64,000 nucleotides of DNA from Candidatus Paceibacter sp. (lineage in GTDB: Bacteria > Patescibacteriota > Minisyncoccia > UBA6257 > JAGOQP01). Of this stretch, positions 20,318 through 30,895 are shown piece by piece. The stretch spans positions 29,425-93,424 of the forward strand of contig DYGB01000002.1 in NCBI GenBank assembly GCA_020724905.1. Reading direction: 5' to 3'. Position 1 is the stretch's first letter. Every line of letters starts with the position of its first letter. A program made the position numbers and the translations under genes. The notes beneath the pieces were generated by a model that did no database searches, was not told the origin of the DNA, and was given only the letters and a program-made list of their open reading frames with translations.

Positions 20318-21037
20318 CTAGCGGTCGATAATAGTCCATCCATCTGGAACATGACATGGGGTTGGAAATTGTCGTACTTCTCCTGTCCCCTCCTGTTGTG
20401 CTGTAACAACAACTTGGATACAGGTTTCATCACTCCCCCACTTTTCTCCTGGTTGTGGGCTATAAAAAGGTATTGGAGTCTGGGATGCCTGAGGTGCTGG
20501 TTCTTTTTCACAGATAAGGGAAAGTTCTCCATTCTCAAGAGTGTAGTATTCTGTTGTTATTTCACTATACAGAGATGCTTCTTGAGGAATATTTTCTTGT
20601 GGGTTAACAATCAAGAGTGTACTTGCTGGATTGTATTGAATGTCAAAGTAACTTACCAAAGGAATTTGAAGAATGGTTCCATCAACTACATCTACAAATG
20701 CATGTCCCTGACAGTTTGTTCCACATCCCCAGCTTGCGATAGCATAAGTTCCTGCAATATCTACTCCCTCTGCTGCTCCTTCACTGATAGCAGTTCGGTA
20801 GGTACGAGCTTCAGGATAGGTTTCAAAGTTTACCTCTGCGATAGCTCCACTATAGACTTCTCCTTGAATAGGATAGTCTGAGAACTGTGGGCTACAGGAT
20901 GCTTGTTGAGACGGTGTTGGGGTCGACTGTTGATCAGTTGGTAATGGAGTTGTTTGATTATCTTGTAGTGATTGGATTACCACATATCCAACTGCGACAA
21001 GGATAATAACTCCTAATATAATAATAATGTTTCTCAT
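20318..21037 (-). CDS. hypothetical secreted/membrane-anchored protein (N-terminal TM, P/T/Q-rich linker, Cys-containing beta-rich domain)
   Basis: N-terminal hydrophobic helix then low-complexity linker; no family recognised. Confidence 0.45.
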   Translation of the reverse strand: MRNIIIILGVIILVAVGYVVIQSLQDNQTTPLPTDQQSTPTPSQQASCSPQFSDYPIQGEVYSGAIAEVNFETYPEARTYRTAISEGAAEGVDIAGTYAIASWGCGTNCQGHAFVDVVDGTILQIPLVSYFDIQYNPASTLLIVNPQENIPQEASLYSEITTEYYTLENGELSLICEKEPAPQASQTPIPFYSPQPGEKWGSDETCIQVVVTAQQEGTGEVRQFPTPCHVPDGWTIIDR

Positions 21038-21108
21038 AGTACTACATAGTATATCATATGTTTTTTATATACAAAAAAGGAGTCTACAATATCGTAGACT
21101 CCCTATAT

Positions 21109-21561
21109 TTATGAGGTGATATGCTTTGAAATTTTATGATTCGTTATAATTGCTATCGCCCCTCGGTGATGAGAGCGTAGAATTGGAGCATGAGGATAGG
21201 TAATTTCTTCTTCATCGAGCGTCATTACCTTCTTTATTTCCCAAGGGACCTTAGAAGAGAATGTTTCAGGCGCTTCTCCTGTCACATGTATTTTATACAT
21301 GTAGTAGGTGTAGTCCTGTTTCATTGCTTCGCTTGTTTTTTCAAGCAGCTGTCTTTGTTTGAAAAAATTAAGTCCGGTTTCTTCGTACAGCTCTCTGAGA
21401 GCTGTATCTTCCGGATTCTTGTCCAGAACCTTTTCTCGTTTTCCTCCGGGGACAGAAAGAAGATCTCTTTCTGCATTGTTTTTTTGTACAAATACTATAC
21501 GCATACGGTCTGACGTATGGTATATGAGATATACTCCTGCATACCAATTTTCTTGTGGCAT
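21109..21561 (-). CDS. NUDIX hydrolase
   Basis: Nudix box GGKREKVLDKNPEDTALRELYEETGL. Confidence 0.8.
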   Translation of the reverse strand: MPQENWYAGVYLIYHTSDRMRIVFVQKNNAERDLLSVPGGKREKVLDKNPEDTALRELYEETGLNFFKQRQLLEKTSEAMKQDYTYYMYKIHVTGEAPETFSSKVPWEIKKVMTLDEEEITYPHAPILRSHHRGAIAIITNHKISKHITS

Positions 21562-21632
21562 TAGTACCTCCTTTATGTAAATGAACTATTATTTTGTAAA
21601 TAGATGGTACAATATATGTACATATTTGTCAA

Positions 21633-22295
21633 CTATGAAGAACGAGGAAATCTTTTTGCTGCAGGAGGGTAGATTATTGTTAATGGATGATGTGTACAGT
21701 CATGTTTTCGAGCAGGACAGATCTCTCGCCCATAGGTTATGAACTGATAGGTAATATAATTCCATTTGTTAGATGGAACAAGTTCCATAAGATCGCGCTC
21801 TATACGAGGAGGATCAGTATAATCGGTAAGATTAAACTTGATAGCGAATCGTCGTACATGAGTATCAACTGCAATCCCCTCGTGTATACCAAATGCATTT
21901 GAAAGTACTACGTTAGCTGTTTTGCGTGCAACTCCAGGAAGTGTAAGTAGTTCTTTCATACTACGAGGAACTCTGTTGTTGTATACCGTGTGAATTCGCT
22001 TCGCACTCGCAAGAATGTGTTTTGCTTTGTTTTTATAAAATCCTGTTGGTCGTATATCCTTTTCAAATTGTTTTTGAGAAACAGAAAGATAGTTCTTAAA
22101 GGTAGGGTATTTTTTAAATAATACACGTGTTACTTCATTTACTTTTTTGTCTGTACACTGTGCTGAGAGCATAACCGCAACAAGAAGTTGCCAGTGCGTT
22201 TTATATGCAAGACTTATCTGTACATGCGGGAATAACGCATCAAGCGTTTTTGATATTTTTTTCATTCGTACCAATCGTTCTTTTTCTTTTGTCAT
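21633..22295 (-). CDS. nth: endonuclease III-like HhH-GPD DNA glycosylase
   Basis: HhH-GPD motif LLTLPGVARKTANVVL; C-terminal Cys residues of an Fe-S loop (divergent). Confidence 0.75.
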   Translation of the reverse strand: MTKEKERLVRMKKISKTLDALFPHVQISLAYKTHWQLLVAVMLSAQCTDKKVNEVTRVLFKKYPTFKNYLSVSQKQFEKDIRPTGFYKNKAKHILASAKRIHTVYNNRVPRSMKELLTLPGVARKTANVVLSNAFGIHEGIAVDTHVRRFAIKFNLTDYTDPPRIERDLMELVPSNKWNYITYQFITYGREICPARKHDCTHHPLTIIYPPAAKRFPRSS

Positions 22296-22402
22296 GATGT
22301 GTATATACTATACCTGCTTGCATAGAGTATAGTATAGTTGACTTGATACTATTTACACAGTATTATATATACTATTGTTTTGTACATTAATAGGAGAATA
22401 TC

Positions 22403-22753
22403 ATGAGCATGCAAAAGACTGAATCATTTCGAAATTTTTTACTCGAACATCTTGACGTTACTGCATCACAAAATATTGTTTCGAGAAATTCTCTTATCGA
22501 ACATTCATTTCACTTTGTATTTGATGAAGTGGGAGAATCATTCTCATGGGAACTGTTTCATGCAGCCCTTGTGGTGTATGCAGATACGTTAGAAGGAAAA
22601 GTTACGCCAAAAGAAATCGCTTCGTGTCATATGGCATATAGTGCATTTTTAAAAAATCACTCTATGAAGATGATGGTTATGGCTGATCTGTTTCCTCTCC
22701 CCTCTGGGAAGAAGCAAGGTCTTCATGTAGTTTTAATTTTCTATCACACATAA
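22403..22753 (+). CDS. hypothetical protein
   Basis: 116-aa ORF with RBS-like AGGAGA upstream. Confidence 0.4.
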   Translation: MSMQKTESFRNFLLEHLDVTASQNIVSRNSLIEHSFHFVFDEVGESFSWELFHAALVVYADTLEGKVTPKEIASCHMAYSAFLKNHSMKMMVMADLFPLPSGKKQGLHVVLIFYHT

Positions 22754-22763
22754 GGAGGTAGGT

Positions 22764-23132
22764 ATGAATAATGATCCAATTTTTGACTTCTTTAAAAAAC
22801 TCCCCCAGGTTATTCCTGGGGTTACTCTTAAGGAAGAAGCTAAAACGATCCTAAGCTCTGATCTTTCTACTGACAATATCATTTTTTCTGTTGATGAATT
22901 TAATGATGAGACATGGGAAGAGATAGAGCGAGGGGTAAGAAATATCTTTGAACCAGCTGTTGTTCAAAGAACATTTCCTGCTACTCCTTCATCAACCGAT
23001 GGAGGAAGAGGGTATATTGTTCGTGCAGATCCCCTTTGGTTTATTACTTTTTCCCGAGCCCTTTCATATAAAAGGGGGAAAACAGAATTGCGTTGCTCAG
23101 TGCAGGGTAATAGGATAAGACCGTCTCAATGA
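22764..23132 (+). CDS. hypothetical protein
   Basis: 122-aa ORF with AAGGAGG RBS 7 nt upstream; its stop lies in a terminator hairpin. Confidence 0.45.
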   Translation: MNNDPIFDFFKKLPQVIPGVTLKEEAKTILSSDLSTDNIIFSVDEFNDETWEEIERGVRNIFEPAVVQRTFPATPSSTDGGRGYIVRADPLWFITFSRALSYKRGKTELRCSVQGNRIRPSQ

Positions 23133-23146
23133 CGGTCTTATTTTCT
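23115..23146. terminator. bidirectional rho-independent terminator
   Basis: ATAAGACCGTC-tcaa-TGACGGTCTTAT hairpin followed by TTTCT; lies between convergent genes. Confidence 0.6.
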
Positions 23147-23698
23147 GAAACATGTTGTTGTGTGGTCATTAACCATTCCTATCGCTTGCATATGTGCATA
23201 GGTGATGGTAGGACCAAAAAATGAAAACCCCCTCTTTTTTAGATTATCTGAGAGTTTTACTGCTTCGTCTATGTATTGAGGATACTGTGTGTGATCTGAG
23301 AATGAATGTTTGAGAGGAGTATTGTTTACAAATGACCACATATAAGAAGAAAACGTGCCAAACTCTTTCTGTATTTGTATAAATGCATGAGCATTTTGTA
23401 TCGTTGCTTCTATCTTCCTTCTATTGCGTATAATGTCTGAATTATTCATAAGTCGCTTTATATCAGCTTCTTTAAACTGAGCAACTTTATAGGGGTCAAA
23501 GTGTTTAAATGCCTTTCTGTATCCTTCTCGTTTGTGAAGGATTGTTTTCCAACTCAACCCTGCTTGAGCACTCTCAAGTACGATAAATTCAAACAGTGTT
23601 TGATCATCATATACGGGAGTCCCCCATTCTGTGTCGTGATAGGCCACATAGAGTGGATCATCGAGGGGAACCCATGAACATCGTAGTATTTCCTTCAT
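23138..23698 (-). CDS. tag: DNA-3-methyladenine glycosylase I
   Basis: YHDTEWG...LFEFIVLESAQAGLSWKTIL signature of Tag. Confidence 0.85.
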   Translation of the reverse strand: MKEILRCSWVPLDDPLYVAYHDTEWGTPVYDDQTLFEFIVLESAQAGLSWKTILHKREGYRKAFKHFDPYKVAQFKEADIKRLMNNSDIIRNRRKIEATIQNAHAFIQIQKEFGTFSSYMWSFVNNTPLKHSFSDHTQYPQYIDEAVKLSDNLKKRGFSFFGPTITYAHMQAIGMVNDHTTTCFRK

Positions 23699-23716
23699 AC
23701 CAAGAGGTTCTTTGTG

Positions 23717-24283
23717 TTACTCATTAGTGGTGAGAGTAACACGTTCTATGACTACATCTTCGAGGGGTTTATCCTGTGGGTCAACAGGAGTAGTGGCGAT
23801 TGCATCTACAACATCCATACCTTCTGTGACATATCCAAATATCGTGTAGTCATACGAAAGTGGGGAATCTTGATGAACGATAAAGAATTGACTCCCATTG
23901 GTATTAGGACCTGCATTTGCCATTGCTAGTGTCCCGCGAACATATCCTTTTTGAGCTATTGGAGAAGATGGGACAAATTCATCATCAAAGCTGTATCCTG
24001 GGCCTCCCATTCCTGTTCCTGTTGGATCTCCTCCCTGAATCATAAATCCTTCAATAACACGATGAAATATAACACCATCGTAAAATCCTTCTTTTGAAAG
24101 TGTTATAAAGTTCTCTACTGTCTTAGGTGCGAGTTCAGGATAGAACTCAAGTGTTATATCTCCTTTGTTTGTGTGTAGTGTTGCTTGCATAGGTGTGGTG
24201 GGGGTATCTGTTGATTGTGAAAAGAGAAGGTAGGCTCCTCCTAGTAGCACAATCGCAATACCAATACTAGTGATAATTTTCAT
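23717..24283 (-). CDS. ppiB: cyclophilin-type peptidyl-prolyl cis-trans isomerase with signal peptide
   Basis: FHRVIEGFMIQGGDPTGTGMGGPGY cyclophilin core. Confidence 0.9.
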   Translation of the reverse strand: MKIITSIGIAIVLLGGAYLLFSQSTDTPTTPMQATLHTNKGDITLEFYPELAPKTVENFITLSKEGFYDGVIFHRVIEGFMIQGGDPTGTGMGGPGYSFDDEFVPSSPIAQKGYVRGTLAMANAGPNTNGSQFFIVHQDSPLSYDYTIFGYVTEGMDVVDAIATTPVDPQDKPLEDVVIERVTLTTNE

Positions 24284-24322
24284 AGAACTAGTGTAACGTT
24301 TTTTTTCTTTTCTGGAAAGTAA

Positions 24323-25564
24323 TTAAGAAACGAAGGTGTATGCTTGTCCTGGTTTTCCTGCTCGTCCAGTACGTCCTATTCTATGAACATATTCTTCTCG
24401 AGTTTTTGGTTGATCAAAGTTAATAACATGACTGACGTTAGGGATATCAAGACCACGTGCTGCAACATCTGTTGCGACAAGAATCTTTACCTTTCCTTTT
24501 TTAAAGGCATCGAGTGCTCGTTGTCGTTGTGGTTGTGTTTTGTTTCCATGAATAGCAATTGCAGAAAATCCATTTTTTGTAAGGGTGTTGGCAAGGTTTT
24601 GTACCCCTCGCTTCATAGCTCCAAAGATAAGTACTTTTTCAAAATGTTGTTGGGACAACATGCGGATAAGTTCTTTTAACTTATCAGCTTCTGAACGTGC
24701 TCGGATAATATCTTGAGCAATGTGTTCCCCTCGTTCACTAGTGCGTACTGATATGGTTTGTGGTTCAGTGAGTAAAGCATCGAGGAATCGTGTTATCTCT
24801 GGTTGCATCGTTGCAGAAAAACAGAGTGATTGTTTCTTTTCTGGAAGTGTTTTTATGATAAAGGTGGTATCTGGTAAGAATCCAATATCAAGCATGTGAT
24901 CAACCTCATCAAGTACGAGTGTTGTGATGCGTTCAGCATTTAATGTATAGCCTCGTGTAATAAGATCTTTGAGACGTCCTGGTGTTCCAATAACAACATG
25001 AGGATTTCTTTTAAGTTCTTTCATCTGTCGTCTAATATTAAGACCTCCTACACAGAGTGTGGTATAGATCTTCATTGAGTGAGAAAATTCTCTAAATTCA
25101 TCTTGTATCTGCTGAGCAAGTTCACGGGTAGGGGTAATAATAAGAGCATGTTCTTTATGCTGACTTTTTATAAGTTTATTAATAATAGGAAGAACAAATG
25201 CTGCTGTTTTTCCACTTCCAGTATTTGCAATCCCTACTACATCTTTTCCTGCAAGAATATGAGGAATTGCTGTGTCTTGGATGCGTGTTGGATGTATGTA
25301 TCCTTTCTTTGCCAGGTTTGTTGTAATCTGAGGATGCAACTTAAAATCAGCAAACGTATGTGTTGGCGTATATGATTCCTCTTCTTGTGTACGAGGATTC
25401 TTGTTGATAAAGGTAGCATCAGTGAGTTTTGATGATGATGCGTATCGTCCTCGTCCTCCTCCTCTTCTAGTGCGATTGTATGGTGAGGAATGGTGTCTTT
25501 TTGTTTGAGTTCGTTTCGCAAAACGACTCCCCCTGTATGAGGGTTTTCTTGTTGATGTATTCAT
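24323..25564 (-). CDS. DEAD-box ATP-dependent RNA helicase with N-terminal basic RGG-like extension
   Basis: Q-motif (FADFKL..PTRIQ), AxxGxGKT, DEVDHML (DEAD), SAT, HRIGRTGRAG. Confidence 0.9.
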   Translation of the reverse strand: MNTSTRKPSYRGSRFAKRTQTKRHHSSPYNRTRRGGGRGRYASSSKLTDATFINKNPRTQEEESYTPTHTFADFKLHPQITTNLAKKGYIHPTRIQDTAIPHILAGKDVVGIANTGSGKTAAFVLPIINKLIKSQHKEHALIITPTRELAQQIQDEFREFSHSMKIYTTLCVGGLNIRRQMKELKRNPHVVIGTPGRLKDLITRGYTLNAERITTLVLDEVDHMLDIGFLPDTTFIIKTLPEKKQSLCFSATMQPEITRFLDALLTEPQTISVRTSERGEHIAQDIIRARSEADKLKELIRMLSQQHFEKVLIFGAMKRGVQNLANTLTKNGFSAIAIHGNKTQPQRQRALDAFKKGKVKILVATDVAARGLDIPNVSHVINFDQPKTREEYVHRIGRTGRAGKPGQAYTFVS

Positions 25565-25668
25565 AGTTGTATATCGCTTTTGAACAGCGATATACTAAGG
25601 AAGTTTATCGAATATCGATATTCAATACGGTATGTGAATAATAGTATAGATGAGACTGAATGTCAAAT

Positions 25669-27486
25669 CTAGTCTTCTTTCTTTTGTTGTCGTACGTGCT
25701 TCTTTCTTTCGTGTTCGGTGAGATATTTCTTTCGAAGTCTCACATCAGTTGGGGTGATTTCAAGGTATTCATCATCGCGCATCATCCCCAATGCTTTTTC
25801 AAGGGTAAGGTCAAATGGTGGGGTAAGTTTTATTGCTTCATCTGATGATGATGCACGCATGTTGGTAAGTTGTTTTCCTTTTGTTGGATTAACTGTCATA
25901 TCCTCTCCTTTAGAGGTATATCCTACCACCATACCTTCATAGACTTCAGTTCCAGGGGTAATGTAGAGTACACCTCGTTCTTGAAGGCCCCCCAGAGCAA
26001 ATGCAAGAGCCTTTCCGTTTGTCATTGATACCATAGAACCATATTCTGTTTTTGTTATCGTACCTGCATAGGGAGCAAATGCATGAAAAATATTGGTAAG
26101 GATTCCCTCTCCTTTGGTGTCGATAACAAACGCATTCCTGTATCCAATCAGACCACGGGTAGGGACATGAAATACACATCGGGTATGACCCTGTTCTGTT
26201 TTCATATCTTTCATGATTCCTTTTCTGTTTCCGATCTTTTCCATAACAGCGCCAAGGTATTGATCGGGAACTAAGATGGTAACTTCTTCAAATGGTTCTG
26301 ATTTCACTCCATCAATCTCTTTGATGATGGTTTGTGGCTGTGAGACAGCCATTTCAAATCCCTCTCGTCTCATATGTTCAAGAAGTACGGCCAAGTGTAA
26401 CTCTCCTCGTCCAAGAATCTTAAATCCTTCTTCGCTTTCAAAATCAATCTGGAGTCCCACATTAATTTCAAGTTCTTTTTCAAGACGTTCTCGTAGTTGT
26501 CGTGAGGTAAGGAATTTTCCTGATTGCCCTGTAAAGGGAGAATCATTTACTACCATGTGGAGAGAAAGTGTTGGTTCATCAACATGAATTGCAGGAAGTG
26601 GTTCTGTGTCTGGGGTATGCATGAGTGTTTGTCCGATAAAGATATCAGGGAGTCCTGCGACCATGACAATATCTCCATTTCCAGCCTGCGCTACTTTTTT
26701 CTTCTCAAATCCTTCAAAGGTAAAGAGCTCTGCCACCTTTCCTTTAAGAAGAGTTCCCTTTGTATCTCTTGCAATAATGTTATCTCCTTTTTTAATCGTT
26801 CCTGCATAAATACGACAAATACCCATACGACCAAGAAAATTATCGTATGCAAGGTTAAATACCTGTGCTTGAAGTGGTTTTTCTGAAAGTGAAGGATCTG
26901 ATGCTGGAGGCACAATTTCAAGAATCATATCAAGAAGTGGGGTGAGATCTTTTCCTTCTTCTTCCATGGTTTTCTTTGCAATCCCCTTTCGTCCATCTGC
27001 ATAGATGGTATGGAAGTCTAGCTGTTCATTAGTTGCTCCTAATTCAAAGAACAGTTCATAGACTTCATCATGAGCTTTTTTCACATCAGCATTTGGTTTA
27101 TCTATTTTGTTTAACACCAAGATAGGATGAAGATTGAGTTCAAGAGATTTTTTGAGAACAAATTTTGTCTGTGGCATAGGGCCTTCTGCTGCATCAACGA
27201 CAAGAAGCACGTTATCAACAGAACGAAGTACTCGTTCTACCTCAGATCCAAAATCAGCATGTCCTGGAGTATCAAGAATGTTTATCTTTGTGTTGTTGTA
27301 GTAGGTAGAGGTGTTTTTTGCATAAATCGTAATACCACGTTCTAGTTCGAGCGCGTTTGAATCCATTGAAACTGTTCCATCCGACATTCCTGTTTGTTTG
27401 AGAATGTTGTCAGTGAGCGTTGTTTTCCCATGGTCAACATGGGCGATAATAGCGATATTTCTAATTTCCATATACAGAAACGTCAA
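25669..27486 (-). CDS. typA: translational GTPase TypA/BipA
   Basis: G-domain [25 protein letters not shown]; 605 aa matching TypA architecture. Confidence 0.9.
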   Translation of the reverse strand: MTFLYMEIRNIAIIAHVDHGKTTLTDNILKQTGMSDGTVSMDSNALELERGITIYAKNTSTYYNNTKINILDTPGHADFGSEVERVLRSVDNVLLVVDAAEGPMPQTKFVLKKSLELNLHPILVLNKIDKPNADVKKAHDEVYELFFELGATNEQLDFHTIYADGRKGIAKKTMEEEGKDLTPLLDMILEIVPPASDPSLSEKPLQAQVFNLAYDNFLGRMGICRIYAGTIKKGDNIIARDTKGTLLKGKVAELFTFEGFEKKKVAQAGNGDIVMVAGLPDIFIGQTLMHTPDTEPLPAIHVDEPTLSLHMVVNDSPFTGQSGKFLTSRQLRERLEKELEINVGLQIDFESEEGFKILGRGELHLAVLLEHMRREGFEMAVSQPQTIIKEIDGVKSEPFEEVTILVPDQYLGAVMEKIGNRKGIMKDMKTEQGHTRCVFHVPTRGLIGYRNAFVIDTKGEGILTNIFHAFAPYAGTITKTEYGSMVSMTNGKALAFALGGLQERGVLYITPGTEVYEGMVVGYTSKGEDMTVNPTKGKQLTNMRASSSDEAIKLTPPFDLTLEKALGMMRDDEYLEITPTDVRLRKKYLTEHERKKHVRQQKKED

Positions 27487-27532
27487 TTAAAGCACAGATG
27501 GTGCTTAAAGGGAAGGAGTACTTGTGTATTTG

Positions 27533-27799
27533 TTATTCTTCCGTGTCTTCTTCTATGAGGTATGCAGGAAGCTTTCCACTGGTCATGAGCCACATCATCA
27601 GCCCTACTCCAAGGAAAACAACGCTCATAATGATATATCCTACCGTTCCCATCTCCCCTGCTTGAGAGCTAAAAAACTCCATGTAGGTGATAAATGCCCA
27701 GATAAGGATAAAGAGCGGGGTGATAACGTATCGTTGCCACCTAGGAAGAAATATCTTCTTTGTTTTTTTCATGTAATTGTTTTTGCTTCTTACGAGCAA
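27533..27799 (-). CDS. hypothetical small membrane protein
   Basis: 88 aa with two predicted TM helices. Confidence 0.4.
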   Translation of the reverse strand: MLVRSKNNYMKKTKKIFLPRWQRYVITPLFILIWAFITYMEFFSSQAGEMGTVGYIIMSVVFLGVGLMMWLMTSGKLPAYLIEEDTEE

Positions 27800-27992
27800 T
27801 AAATGTTTGACTTAAAAGAAAAGCGATAAAAAATGCCGCTCCTCCAGCAACAAGTTCCCATGTTGTGAGTGTTTCTTCTCGACTTGATTGAAGCAGCGCA
27901 TAGATTCCTGTATACACACACGCTGCAATAAGAGATGTGATTATTCTTCGTCTCATAGATAGTACTATAACTATTTTTATTGCGTTATACAA
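27741..27992 (-). CDS. hypothetical small membrane protein
   Basis: 83 aa with two predicted TM helices; overlaps its neighbours, operon-like. Confidence 0.4.
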   Translation of the reverse strand: MYNAIKIVIVLSMRRRIITSLIAACVYTGIYALLQSSREETLTTWELVAGGAAFFIAFLLSQTFIARKKQKQLHEKNKEDISS

Positions 27993-28846
27993 TTGGTATA
28001 AGTGAGATCCATTTGGTTGTCTTTCATAACAAGAGCTTCATCCCCTTTACTCCAAAACACAAGTGATTCATCTGTATTTGCATATCGAATACCACTTGCA
28101 GAAATAGTTTGGGATAGTGTTTGTAGGGTTCCATCTAGTAATACCTCAACCTTCCCTGTTGGTGTTGGTGGCTCCCCTGCTTGTGGTGTTGGTGCATCAG
28201 GGCCTTTGTAATATGTGGCATAAATTGTTTTTTGAGCATCACAAACATACGTTGCTGTTGTGATAGGGGTGTAGGCAGGCATAACCTCTTTTCCTTCTTG
28301 TACGGTAAGCGTTTGTAATATTCTATGTACAACTCCGTCTATATCAAATGCTTCTCGTTCATTACTACACACTGTTTGTTGTGGATCATCATAATTTTCA
28401 CACCGTGGATACTGGAGGGTAAACTGAAGGGCGGCAATCATATCATTCCACATAGTTGTATAGGTATAGTCAGTGTATACAGATCCAGCTGCTCCCTCAC
28501 TAATAGCATGTATGCAGTATGTTTTTTGATCAACGAGCCTTTTAGCTATTCGTATTGGAAAACTACTTTCTTGAGGTGTTTCATTACATATAAGTGTATC
28601 TGATGATGTTATGGTAAGTGTCGGTGGCCAGATGGCTGTGCTAATATAGGTAGCTGTTAGCATCTCAGGGTATTGAAACGTTACCTGTTGTTCTGTGTCA
28701 ATCATTGTTTCCCAGGAATCAATAGGTTCTGGTTGGGAAGGGACATCTGTTTCTTCTGGTGTCATTCCTACAAGTATTATAACTATAAGAGATATTCCAA
28801 TAAGAAGCAGTCCTCGTATGAGTTTTGTTTTATGCTGTTGTTTCAT
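27977..28846 (-). CDS. hypothetical secreted protein (N-terminal TM anchor)
   Basis: 289 aa with N-terminal hydrophobic helix; no family recognised. Confidence 0.45.
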   Translation of the reverse strand: MKQQHKTKLIRGLLLIGISLIVIILVGMTPEETDVPSQPEPIDSWETMIDTEQQVTFQYPEMLTATYISTAIWPPTLTITSSDTLICNETPQESSFPIRIAKRLVDQKTYCIHAISEGAAGSVYTDYTYTTMWNDMIAALQFTLQYPRCENYDDPQQTVCSNEREAFDIDGVVHRILQTLTVQEGKEVMPAYTPITTATYVCDAQKTIYATYYKGPDAPTPQAGEPPTPTGKVEVLLDGTLQTLSQTISASGIRYANTDESLVFWSKGDEALVMKDNQMDLTYTNCITQ

Positions 28847-28898
28847 GCATTTAAAGTATACACTTTTTTCTTTTGTTTTATAGGGTCTGTAGCATTAT

Positions 28899-30884
28899 TT
28901 ATAATGTAATACGTTTTAGCGTCATCGCATTTATAACTACGATGACTGTGGAGAGACTCATAAAAAGGGCTCCTATCTCTGGTCGTAGAAAGAATCCCCA
29001 TAGAGCAAACACTCCTGCAGCAGCAGGAATGGCTATGATGTTATATCCAAGGGCCCAGACAAGATTTTGAATCATCTTTACATATACTTTTTTTGATAGC
29101 GATATTAAGCGTGCAACATCTGCGGGATTATTATTCATCAGCACAACATCTCCTGCTTCAACAGCTACATCAGTACCTGCTCCAATTGCAACACCAATAT
29201 CTGCTTGTGTTAGTGCGGGAGCATCATTTACTCCATCTCCTACCATAAGAACTATATTCCCCTGATCTTGGAGTTTTTTAATATGGGTGTATTTATCTTC
29301 TGGAAGTACATTTGCAAAATAAAGATCAATGTCAAGTTGAGTTGATACTTTCTTTGCGACGTGTTCATTATCCCCCGTGAGCATAGCAACATGAATACCC
29401 ATACTGTGAAGATTTTCTATTGCTTGGGAGGATGATTCTTTTATAGCATCAGCAAGTGTAATATATCCCAATAGTTCTTCTTTATCTGCAACAAATACAA
29501 CTGTCTCTGTTATGGTATCTGGAGTACTATGATTGAGTTCGTTCATGAGTTTTTCATTACCGATAGCATAGACTACTCCATCTATTGTTGCCTCTACTCC
29601 CCTTCCTGATTTATTTTTGAAGTGTTCTATCTGAGCGAGTGATATATTCTTTGAACGTGCATGGGAGAGAATAGATTGTCCGATAATGTGAGATGATCCT
29701 TGTTCAAGAGATGCAGCAATACGAAGGATTTCATCTTCATCTTTTGTGCTCATACTTGTAACACCAGTAACTCCAAATACTCCTTCAGTTAAGGTTCCTG
29801 TCTTATCAAATATGACGTAATCAACCTTTTTAATGTGTTCTATTTTAGAAAGATCTTTTATAAAAAATCCATGTTTTACAGCAAGTGATGTTGCAATAGT
29901 GGTAACCGTTGGTATTGCAAGACCAAGTGCATGAGGGCATGCGATAACAAGGACGGTAATTGCTAATGTAATTGCAAATACAAATGTTTCCCCGACAACA
30001 AGTGTCCATATGAGCAATGTTGTAAGGGCGGTAATCCCCGCAATAAAGGTAAGTATAGCCGATGCCTTGTCAGCTATTTTTTGGGAGTGTGGTTTTGTTT
30101 TTCCTGCTTTTTCTATAAGTGTATAGATTTGTCCAACTGTTGAATGTTCTCCAACTCGTGTAAGGGTAATAAGGAGAGAGCCATCTATACAGAGGGAACC
30201 AGCCACAACAGAATCACCCTCTTCCTTTCGTATCGGTTTTGATTCACCACTAATGAGTGATTCATCTATATGTGCAGATCCTTTTGTGATGACTCCATCA
30301 GCAGGTATTTTCTGTCCTGGTTTAACAATAACAGTATCGTGTTCTTTGAGGTCTGATACCTCTACTTCCACCTCTTTTCCCTCTACTTGAGTAAGGGCTT
30401 TTTGAGGGAGGAGTTTTGTAACTTCTTGAAGTGCATTTCCAGCTGCACTACTTGATTTTGCTTCAAGGTAGTGTCCAAACAAAAGTATCCAGATCAAGGT
30501 GGATATCTCAAGATAGAATTCTGCATGGAGTGAAGAGATAAAGGTAGAAGCAACAGAAAATGTATATCCAGCTCCAGTCGCAAGAGAAACGAGTGTCATC
30601 ATTCCGTATTGACGACTTTGTATCTCATGCCATGCATGTTTGAAAAATACTAAAGAGAATCCAAAGATGAGTGTTGCGATACCGAATTGAATCCATGTAT
30701 TTATAGCAATATCAGGAAGAGCAAGTACTTGGGTGACTGTAGGGTGAAGAAGTGTAAGTGGTACCAAGAGAACAGTAACGATCCAGAATCGTTTTAAATA
30801 TGAGGATGCATCCCCATGACCCATTCCGTGTCCATGGGTATTATGTGTATGAGTATGTGTTTGTTTTGTGTGACAACAGTTCAT
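28899..30884 (-). CDS. copB: heavy-metal (copper) translocating P1B-type ATPase, CopB-like with His-rich N-terminus
   Basis: N-terminal HTHTHNTHGHGMGHG, CPH transmembrane metal motif, DKTGTLT, GDGVNDAPAL. Confidence 0.85.
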   Translation of the reverse strand: MNCCHTKQTHTHTHNTHGHGMGHGDASSYLKRFWIVTVLLVPLTLLHPTVTQVLALPDIAINTWIQFGIATLIFGFSLVFFKHAWHEIQSRQYGMMTLVSLATGAGYTFSVASTFISSLHAEFYLEISTLIWILLFGHYLEAKSSSAAGNALQEVTKLLPQKALTQVEGKEVEVEVSDLKEHDTVIVKPGQKIPADGVITKGSAHIDESLISGESKPIRKEEGDSVVAGSLCIDGSLLITLTRVGEHSTVGQIYTLIEKAGKTKPHSQKIADKASAILTFIAGITALTTLLIWTLVVGETFVFAITLAITVLVIACPHALGLAIPTVTTIATSLAVKHGFFIKDLSKIEHIKKVDYVIFDKTGTLTEGVFGVTGVTSMSTKDEDEILRIAASLEQGSSHIIGQSILSHARSKNISLAQIEHFKNKSGRGVEATIDGVVYAIGNEKLMNELNHSTPDTITETVVFVADKEELLGYITLADAIKESSSQAIENLHSMGIHVAMLTGDNEHVAKKVSTQLDIDLYFANVLPEDKYTHIKKLQDQGNIVLMVGDGVNDAPALTQADIGVAIGAGTDVAVEAGDVVLMNNNPADVARLISLSKKVYVKMIQNLVWALGYNIIAIPAAAGVFALWGFFLRPEIGALFMSLSTVIVVINAMTLKRITL

Positions 30885-30895
30885 ATATAGTTATG

